From Octopus sinensis (Eukaryota): 11,575 nt of DNA. Under the pieces are notes generated by a model that saw only the letters and a list, made by a program, of their open reading frames with translations, was not told the DNA's origin and ran no database searches. A program made the position numbers and the translations under genes. The DNA is taken from assembly GCF_006345805.1 (NCBI RefSeq), contig NW_021827021.1, positions 1-11,575 on the forward strand. Reading direction: 5' to 3'. Of the stretch, positions 1 to 7,358 are shown piece by piece; the first letter of the stretch is position 1, and the number at the start of each line of letters is the position of its first letter.

Positions 1-31
1 AGTTTCAGTCTACCACATCCCCTCACAAGGC
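1..31 (-). mobile_element. SINE internal fragment, same family as 1327-1878 and 4769-5179
   Basis: Reverse complement GCCTTGTGAGGGGATGTGGTAGACTGAAACT matches GCTTTGTGAGTGGATTTGGTAGACGGAAACT inside the full copy at about 4884-4916 and GCTTTGTGAGGAGATGTGG at 1393-1411. Cut by the window edge. Confidence 0.6.
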
Positions 32-59
32 ATACTTCTTATAACTCCCCCATTCTGCG

Positions 60-150
60 CCTATATATATACATATATATATGCGTGTAAACATATATTA
101 TGTGTATAGGCATATATTCTTTACATACACACACATAGATATATAACATA

Positions 151-184
<34 letters not shown>

Positions 185-187
185 TAT

Positions 188-221
<34 letters not shown>

Positions 222-233
222 GTATATTATATA

Positions 234-272
<39 letters not shown>
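60..272. repeat. Imperfect (TA)n microsatellite with (CA) interruptions
   Basis: Direct reading. Confidence 0.95.
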
Positions 273-275
273 CGC

Positions 276-1289
276 ATGGGCATGAAGTTGCAAAGCCAAA
301 GCGAGCGTGGAATTTTATGTTAATTTTGCTTCGGAGACATTAAACGTCTGTTGTCACGCTTACGGCGACATGGTAATCAATGTTTCGAGTGTTGCAGTCG
401 TTCGGAAAGCGGAAGAACATTCCTGGAAACCGACGAGCAATCTGAAATACCTGACAGGTGTGCCAGACCTGGAAATTTGTAGAAAATTCAGAAGAATCGT
501 CGTAGGACAATGAACAACATTGCTGATGTTATTGGTAGTCATATGGTTCCTTGCAGACGATCCGAAAATCTGAACTGAACATGTGGTGTGATTGTGCAAA
601 TTTTTCCCCCACGCGCTGACCCTTCAGACGAAATAATTTGGCGTCCAAAACTGTCAGGATCTCCGTAAGTGTGCCGCTGATGAGCCATCCATCATATCGA
701 CAATCATCACCCATGACTTGAGTTGGGTCAAAAGGGATGACCTTAAAACAAAGCAGCAGTTCTCACGATGGAAGAGCATTTCATTTCCATAACACGACAG
801 AGCTGCAGGTCAATCAAAAGCATGCTTATCGCTTTTCCGAAACCCGTGGCAAGGTGCATCAAAAACTGGCCCCTCCCCGCTCACTACTACAGAGCCAGAC
901 CATCAATCAAAATTTCTACTGCGAAGTTTCGAAGCGTTTTAAGGACGGCATTCTGTGAAAACCACCGAATCTGTGCAGCGCAAAGTATTGGATTCTTTAC
1001 GACGATAATGCACTCTCTCACCGAATTTCTCGGCAAGAATATCATCTTATATCTTCTGCACCTATCCTAGTCGCCATATTTTAAGACATGTAACTCTTTC
1101 CCTAGATAAAATGCATCCCTAGGGTCGCCATTTTAACACCATTGTTGAGAGCAAGAGCGAGTCGCAGATAGTCCACGTTTCGCTACGGGAAACGATATCT
1201 AGGCCGGATTTCAGAAGTGTCAGAAACACTATTATCGGTTTGTTGCTGCTCAAGTTAACTATTTCGAAGGAGATGATATTTTCTACTAA
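276..1289 (+). pseudogene. Mariner transposase pseudogene with multiple stops and frameshifts
   Basis: Manual translation: MGMKL..ASVEFYV..ASETLN...AYGD (N-terminal HTH); KFFPHALT at 598-621 (WVPHEL-equivalent); IITHDLSWV..DLKTKQQFSRWKS with the first catalytic D at 715-717 (TGDETW-like); TINQNFYCEV; WILYDDNA with the second D at 1004-1006; *SPYFKTCN at 1068-1094 (YSPDLAPCD-like, third D changed to N); GRHFNTIVE; GFQKCQKHYYRFVAAQVNYFEGD then TAA at 1287-1289. Confidence 0.9.
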
Positions 1290-1326
1290 ACGTAACTAAC
1301 CAGGTAATTTTGTGATACTACCTCGT
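276..1326 (+). mobile_element. Decayed mariner (Tc1/mariner) DNA transposon, irritans/Hsmar2-like; left TIR missing, right TIR retained
   Basis: Transposase motifs occur in colinear order across frameshifts (see pseudogene entry). The 3' end AATTTTGTGATACTACCTCGT (1306-1326) has reverse complement ACGAGGTAGTATCACAAAATT, like the TACGAGG-type termini of mariners. Confidence 0.9.
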
Positions 1327-1567
1327 CAGTTTCAGTCGCACGCCTTGACACTTTGGGTAGCTGTCTTCTACTATAGCCTCGAGCCGACCAAAGCTTTGTG
1401 AGGAGATGTGGAAAGGGGAAAAAATAACACATAGTACAAGACTTCAAGGCTCAAAACTGTTCATACACCCCGCGTATATATATATATACATGTATATATT
1501 TGTGTGTATGTATGTCTGTATATATTTGTGTGTATGTATGTCTGTATATTATGTATATATATATATG

Positions 1568-1625
<58 letters not shown>

Positions 1626-1878
1626 ATGTGTGTGTGTCTATGTGTACTATATGTTGTGTGTTTCTTTGTATCTATGTTTGTTGCCCATCACTGTTTGAAA
1701 ACCGGTGTTGTTATGTTCACGTCCTCGTAACTTAGTGATCCTACAAAAAGAAATCGATAGAATAAGTACTACGCTTTAAAAGTAAATTCTGAGCTCTAAT
1801 TGTTCGATTAAAAAAAAACCTTCAATTCGGTTCTGTAGCATGGCCGCAGTCAAATGACTGAGACAAGTAAAAGAATAT
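1327..1878 (+). mobile_element. 5'-truncated tRNA-derived (CORE-like) SINE with an expanded internal microsatellite
   Basis: Colinear with the full copy at 4769-5179: TGTCTTCTACTATAGCCTCGAGCCGACCAAAGCTTTGTGAG, then a (TA/TG)n tract at about 1475-1665, CGATAGAATAAGTACT, and the tail ATGGCCGCAGTCAAATGACTGAGACAAGTAAAAGA. The A-box half of the head is absent. Confidence 0.88.
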
Positions 1879-1894
1879 ATGAATAAACGGATAT

Positions 1895-2258
1895 ATACTT
1901 TTGGCAAACTTCCTCTGACGTGGCGTTTGGTGGATGAGGATGTTTCACGCTGTTGCCCTCATCTATATAGCTTGACTTCAGATAGATACATTTAGAACTG
2001 TTAACAGAATTACATCCAGTTTTGGTTTGAAAAAGGCCGACATCCACGCCATGCAGGTCTCTCAGTTTTTGTGGGAGAAAGTTAATGACCTGAGGGCCCG
2101 TGAAGCCCAAGGTTTTGCAATATATGGTCCTCTTATCCTACGTTAATATTGGGATTTACGGTGGTACGCAGCGTGTAACTGACAATGTCAAAGATTAGTA
2201 CATGTTCTCGGAATTTTCAGATGTATATTACTGCGTATCTTTCTTGCCTTCTTGACTT
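1895..2258 (-). mobile_element. 3' fragment of a CR1-group/L2-like LINE ORF2 (C-terminus after the RT domain)
   Basis: The minus strand reads across frameshifts RRQERYAVIYI*K ... RTIYCKTLGFTGPQVINFLPQKLRDLHGVDVGLFQTK / KLDVIL ... MRATA*NILIHQ. This matches the (E)RRRERY.IIY.WK ... GP.LFN.LP...R......FK..LD..L ... SNSL..Q C-terminal signature of invertebrate CR1-like LINEs. The supplied ORF 1850-2110 is a piece of it. Confidence 0.8.
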
Positions 2259-2280
2259 CTAGACTTTTTGGAAATATCAT

Positions 2281-2373
2281 ACATACGCACACACAAACAC
2301 ACACACTTACACATGAATGAGAGTATCAGGTTGTAAATGCATATTCACACACGTAAATAATTAAACGCATATA

Positions 2374-2425
<52 letters not shown>
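2281..2425. repeat. (CA)n/(TA)n compound microsatellite
   Basis: Direct reading. Confidence 0.85.
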
Positions 2426-2572
2426 TTACATATTACCAGATCATGTCATATTCATATCCAATATCCTACCCTGGTCCTTCAGTATCGATCTCGCAAGCTG
2501 TTTTTCGATTTATTTTACGCATAATATTTAGAATCATATTCAGCAGTTTACGTTCTTATCAAAGTTAAATAA

Positions 2573-2817
2573 TCTTCATCACCATGATCGCCATCATCGT
2601 CATCTTTGCCGTCATCACCATTATCAACATCATCATCGTCGTCGTCGTTGTCGTCGTTGTCATCATCATCATCATCATCATCATCATCACCACATCCATT
2701 ATCATCACCATCACAACCACCACCTCCACCAGCAACCGCTGCCACCACGCCGCCGCCACCACCACCGCCACCACAACCATCACCACAACCACCACCACCA
2801 CCACCACCACCACCATC
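2573..2817. repeat. Compound trinucleotide repeat (CAT/CGT/CAC/CGC/CAA)n
   Basis: Direct reading. It explains four overlapping low-complexity ORFs on both strands. Confidence 0.95.
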
Positions 2818-3007
2818 AAAACACATAACCTTCCTCCCGTTTTGTGTTACATGATGTCAGTCTGAAGACATTAAAATTTGGCCACCGTAATTGCTGTCTT
2901 GCAAATGATTAACCTGTAATTAATTCGGTTGATGTTCGACAACAAAATATAATTAATTTCTCTGTTCTCTCAATGTGTCATTCCCGATTATTTCTTAATG
3001 TACACAA

Positions 3008-3119
3008 TCACACACACTCACTCACGCATAACATTACATACAAACAATTAACACACGCGTATACACACAGAGTTCTATAAACACACGTTCACAAACACGC
3101 ATGGTTATGTGAGTGTATA

Positions 3120-3151
<32 letters not shown>

Positions 3152-3257
3152 ATATATATATATATATATAGGGAGAGTTCATGAAAAAAACAAAAAACGA
3201 AGACGGGTGGTGTACAAAACAAACAGATGTATTAGTATAACGCTCAAGAATAGAAAA

Positions 3258-3290
<33 letters not shown>

Positions 3291-3427
3291 GGTATCTATA
3301 TATATATATATTATATTATATATATATATAGATATATATAAATGTGTTGTATATATATATATATAATATAATATATATATGTATAAGTATATATGTATAT
3401 ACATATATATATATATATATATACACA
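3008..3427. repeat. Mosaic (CA)n/(TA)n microsatellite field
   Basis: Direct reading; interrupted by short unique spacers such as 3170-3250. Confidence 0.85.
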
Positions 3428-3429
3428 CA

Positions 3430-4306
3430 AACCAGACAACTCTAATTTACAATACACTAGGTCCCCAGACGCCCCGGCTGATTTATGCACCAACGGCTTC
3501 TACAACCAAATTTGTCATTCCCTGACCACCAGGTGGGGGGTCACGTACACTTTATATCCCTTATCCTTATATCCTTTTACATTCCTTTATATTTCTGATA
3601 ATTTTTATATATATATATATATTTTTTTTAATATTTTTTAATATTTTTTTATAACTTTATATCTTTATATTCATTTATACGTTTTTATATCTCTTTATAT
3701 CTTTATACTCTATATTTTTATATTTTTCTATACTTATATTCTTATCTTTCACATTTTTATAGTTTTTTTATCCTTCGTCCTGAATTCTCGCCCCTCCATC
3801 TTTATCCCTATTTACTCTTATTACCATGTTCCTTCACGTCTGTCTGTATTTATATATGTATATATTCATTTATTCATTTATTTATATTACCTCAACATCC
3901 AAACTTCCTCATTCTACGTTGAGAGAAGGACGAGATGGACGCTTCATTTTTTTGCTGTTGCCGCATTATGTCGTACGCGAATGAGAGGATTGCATCCCCA
4001 CGTAGAATTTTTGATGTAATACATGTCCTTGAGGTAGTAATTATGCGCGGCTGCAGAAGGCCATAGACACACATTATGCATTGTTATAATCCGTCTAATA
4101 AAGGCCCGAAACATATGTACCGCTGAATCTTGGCATCATGTTTTTATTTGATTAATTTACTCCACACCTACACCACCAAACGGTATATACAGGTGCTTAC
4201 AATTATCAAGTACTCACCCTGAATTTCTGTACCCAACTCACTACGTTGTCACCTGGATTGGATCCTACATAATCGCGACAACCTTTAGTACTTGACGAAC
4301 CCAAAC
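3430..4306 (+). mobile_element. Probable Penelope-like element 3' remnant: GIY-YIG C-terminal tail, T-rich 3'UTR and structured pseudo-LTR
   Basis: 3441-3480 translates LIYNTLGPQTPRL, resembling the (W/L)I(Y/F)xLGTxxPxGLN end of PLE ORFs. It is followed by a G-depleted, T-rich tract (3545-3830) and a hammerhead fold (4047-4123). Both ends abut microsatellites. The assignment rests on this combination, not on an alignment. Confidence 0.55.
4047..4123 (+). ncRNA. Type I hammerhead ribozyme-like motif (variant or decayed core)
   Basis: Stem I GCGG(4047-50)/CCGC(4120-23); core CTGCAGA(4051-57, consensus CUGANGA); stem II GGCC(4059-62)/GGCC(4103-06), extended by TAGAC/GTCTA and ATTAT/ATAAT; GAAA(4108-11); palindromic stem III ACATATGT(4111-18); cleavage triplet GTA(4117-19). 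Confidence 0.7.
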
Positions 4307-4361
4307 ATATATTAGATATATATACATGTCCACACAACACACACACACACACACACAACAC

Positions 4362-4395
<34 letters not shown>

Positions 4396-4420
4396 CTATA
4401 TATACATATATGTATGTATG
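4307..4420. repeat. (TA)n/(CA)n/(TATG)n compound microsatellite
   Basis: Direct reading. Confidence 0.9.
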
Positions 4421-4457
4421 CATCAGTTTGGGTTTGTGTGAGTGATTATATTTTTCT

Positions 4458-4735
4458 GTGCTCCTCTATACTGCGCTGAAACATAGACGCTCACTAAAGC
4501 ATTGAAGAAACAGTTGGACGCTTGTTATACAAAAGTGACATTGAAGATATAGCGTAGAAGGAGTAGGCTAGCTGGAAGGCTATAGTAAGACGACATAAAT
4601 CGACAATTTGCCGGTGGATACTGGTATGGAAGGGGTACAGGATCTGAGGACCATTACGGAAGATTGAGAGGAAATGGGAAAACGTGTGGAAACAGTAATG
4701 AAGCGTCTTATGGGACGACCGAGACGAGATGAAAT
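4458..4735 (+). mobile_element. RTE-clade LINE 3' fragment with internal deletions
   Basis: Translation VLLY/CAET*TLTKALKKQLDACYTK, then VTLKI*RRRSRLAG, then R..T*IDNLPVDTGMEGVQDLRTITED*EE. These match the RTE C-terminal motifs VLLYG.ETW.L....E..LDG.YT, KI..RR.RLAG and GR...TY.D.L..DTG......L...M.DR..W. Confidence 0.8.
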
Positions 4736-4768
4736 ATTCATATATATTTGTATGTATGTATGTATGTA

Positions 4769-5179
4769 CGCATGGAGTGGCTGTGTGGTAAGTAGCTTGC
4801 TAACCAACCACATGGTTCCGGGTTCAGTCCCACTGCGTGGCATCTAGGGCAAGTGTATTCTGCTAGAGCTCCGGGCCGACCAAAGCTTTGTGAGTGGATT
4901 TGGTAGACGGAAACTGAAAAGAAGCCCGTCGTATATATGTATATATATGTGTATGTGTATATGTTTGTGTGTCTGTGTTTGTTCCCCGCTAACATCGCTT
5001 GACAACCGATGCTGGTGTGTTTATGTCCCCGTTACTTAGCGGTTCGGCAAAAGAGACCGATAGAATAAGTACTGGGCTTACAAAAAGAATAAGTCCCGGG
5101 GTCGAGTTGCTCGATAAAAGGCGGTGCTCCAGTATGGCCGCAGTCAAATGACTGAAACAAGTAAAAGAGAGGAAAAGAG
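4769..5179 (+). mobile_element. Full-length tRNA-derived (CORE-like) SINE
   Basis: A-box TGGCTGTGTGG (4778-4788), B-box-like GGTTCAGTCCC, CORE-like TAGGGCAAGTG, internal (TA/TG)n, and tail ATGGCCGCAGTCAAATGACTGAAACAAGTAAAAGAG. It is flanked on both sides by TATGTATGTA (TSD-like, within a (TATG)n tract). Confidence 0.92.
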
Positions 5180-6362
5180 TATGTATGTATAGAAAACCAT
5201 CTGAACGAATGCTTCAGTATATCCAGTGATATATGCAGCTCCTGGGAACGTAATCTTGTAATGGCTTTGTAGTTTCCTGTAATATTATGTAATACATGTT
5301 GCAGTTAATACATTCTAACTGTCCAAGTATTTCTGAATTCACTCTCGACCGTTATTACGTACAATAATAGATAATTCAAATTACCAGCATTATTTAGTTT
5401 TCATAATAAAGATTTTTATGGGATCACTGCATTCATGAAGTAAATAAATTCACGAGATACCAAATATAAACGTTAAAGTCTATCATTTTACTCTCTGTTC
5501 AATCAAAAGTGGGACCGATTTTTATGACACCGCATTATCAATTGTTATTGAACTGTCATCTGTCAGCAATAATTCTATGTTTATGTTCATATGCTTGACA
5601 CTAGTAATGCAAGCAAAGCACTTTCTCGCATGCTTTAACGTGTCATACTTCGCAAATGTTATGTATTATGTGAGATGCATATATCTCTGCAATAAGAGGA
5701 ATAAACAGCTTTAATCTTCATATGATTATTCAAATGATTTATACCGTAAAATTTCGTGAATAAACTGTTGATTTAATTATTTAAATGTCAATGATGTTCA
5801 TAGACTTATCTCCGCTATTGTACTGTATCAAGATTTGAGCTTCCTCTTTCTCATAGATGTTTATTATCTTGGATTTAACTTAGCATGGGGCAGGGAACTA
5901 TACAAATACAACCTCTATGCAGAGATACAAATTAGCATAAGGTGAATCCGACATTTTAGAATTTATCAATGATAGAATCAATATCCTGCTTTACAAAATT
6001 TCCATTGAAATAATCTTGTGCTACAATGGTAACGATGATAAAGTAACAATAGCAGGAAAATGGTAAACGCCTGTCCCTCTACGAGTTATTGTTGAAATTC
6101 CTATGCTTTAAAAGGCAGTAATGGACAGCATTATGCAAGAGGACAACATTTCTCAGCAAGATGTATTTTACACTCCTATATGCTTTGAGGATATGTTTTA
6201 ACTGAATATGTTTTGAGGAAACAAAATATTCCAGGAATGAATCTTTTATTTAGCCAGATGTAATGACCCCACTGACATTAATGCAGATAAGGACCAGTGG
6301 CGAAAAGGGATTGGTCTTGTAGAAACGGGACAAGACATCAGGACAGGATGATTTTCAATATT

Positions 6363-6555
6363 CTTTTCTGTCCGAAATTTTGGGGAAGCGTCCAGTCGAT
6401 TAGATCGACTCCAGTATGAAACTTAATTTATCGACCCTGAAAGGATGAAAGGCAAAGTCGACCTCGGTGTTATTTGAACTCACAACGTAAGGACAGCTGA
6501 AATACCGCTAAGAATTTCGCGCGGCGTGCTAAGAATTCTGCCAGCTCACAGCCTT
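6363..6555 (-). mobile_element. tRNA-derived SINE (second family) with a perfect 17-bp target-site duplication
   Basis: The minus strand starts AAGGCTGTGAGCTGGCAGAATTCTTAGC (A box), with B box GAGTTCAAAT, then GTCGACTTTGCCTTTCATCC. The direct repeat GGATGATTTTCAATATT lies at 6346-6362 and 6556-6572. Confidence 0.9.
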
Positions 6556-6586
6556 GGATGATTTTCAATATTGAAATGTTGATTGT

Positions 6587-6843
6587 GGAGGCATATGGCC
6601 TAGTGGTTAGAGCAGCGGACTCGCGGTCGAGCGATCGCGGGTTCGAATCACAGACCGGGCGATGTGTGTGTTTATGAGTGAAACACCTAAACTCCACGCG
6701 GCTCCGGCAGAAGGTAAAGGCGAAATTCTGCTGACTCTTTCGCAACAACTTTCTCTCACTCTTTCCTCCTGCATCTTGCAGCTCATCTGCGACGGACCGG
6801 CGTCCTATCCAGGTGGGGAACCTATACACCAAGGAAACTGGGA
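6587..6843 (+). mobile_element. tRNA(Arg)-like-headed SINE (third family), 3' end apparently truncated
   Basis: A-box TGGCCTAGTGG (6596-6606), B-box GGTTCGAATCA (6640-6650), and a GC-rich body including CTGCGACGGACCGGCGTCCTATCCAGG (V-domain-like). No simple-repeat tail is visible. Confidence 0.85.
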
Positions 6844-6870
6844 TAATATTAGTTTGAAATTAATGGCACA

Positions 6871-6945
6871 GTCGATTACTGGTAATTATTTTATCGAACC
6901 CCAAAACGACGTAAGGCAAAGTCAATCTCGACAGATAAGTTTAAA
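6871..6945 (-). mobile_element. Degenerate internal fragment of the 6363-6555 SINE family
   Basis: GTCGATT..TTATCGAACCCC..AAGGCAAAGTCAATCTCG aligns to GTCGATT..TTATCGACCCTG..AAGGCAAAGTCGACCTCG (6395-6466). Confidence 0.7.
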
Positions 6946-7279
6946 TATTTGGCCACATAATACAAATATGTGCATAAGATGGTATAATGTTTATTACAAT
7001 AACTATTCACTGAATATTCAAAACAGCTTCAGAGATATACCTGTATCCACGAGTTATACATGTTATGTTACAATTACAATAGTTATTCTTATAAGTGTTC
7101 AATTATCTTACCCTGTTGACATGCGGTCGACTTTTGTCTTATAGAAAAAATTCACCTGTTTCTGGGGTACACTACTCTGATTAATAACTGTAGCTGAAGA
7201 ATTCTTCTCCACGCGAGTACTAAATGGTTGCCCATCTATTCCACGCGTGCACTATGAATCGTCTGAAGTTCTACACGCG

Positions 7280-7358
7280 CGCGAACACACACACACACGT
7301 ACACACACTCACCCCCCAACACCCCCATATATATTATATATATATATATATATATATC
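7280..7358. repeat. (CG)/(CA)/C-run/(TA)n compound microsatellite
   Basis: Direct reading. Confidence 0.85.

Noticed and set aside
1406-1735. YI/CV-rich ORFs here and at 3034-3641, 7855-8154, 8299-8761 and 11294-11543
   Set aside because: Translations of dinucleotide microsatellites, which lack stops in some frames.
2548-2865. Poly-G/D, poly-V/M, poly-S/P and poly-I/T ORFs
   Set aside because: Four overlapping frames on both strands over a triplet repeat; no splice or domain support.
3523-3541. CTCF-like TGACCACCAGGTGGGGGG
   Set aside because: Lacks the conserved C after GG and lies within the putative PLE remnant; a single motif is not evidence of binding.
4030-4039. TGAGGTAGTA equals the first 10 nt of mature let-7
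   Set aside because: The remaining bases (ATTATGCGCGG) do not match let-7, it lies on the 3' arm of a 155-nt branched fold rather than a pre-miRNA-sized hairpin, and it sits inside a probable TE.
4298-4434. 9-bp inverted repeat AACCCAAAC/GTTTGGGTT flanking a microsatellite (MITE-like)
   Set aside because: Short, low-complexity, and with no TSD.
5682-5927. 10-bp inverted repeat TATCTCTGCA/TGCAGAGATA and other short inverted matches
   Set aside because: The pairings are not consistently nested; expected in AT-rich DNA.
6270-6345. ADKDQWRK, resembling the DR..WR end of RTE ORFs
   Set aside because: Too short, with no adjacent RTE motifs.
6587-6660. tRNA-Arg-like gene
   Set aside because: A and B boxes are present but there is no acceptor stem or T-run terminator, and it continues into a SINE body.
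6470-7144. Longest ORFs (120 aa minus, 160 aa plus)
   Set aside because: They run through adjacent SINE bodies; no recognisable domain.
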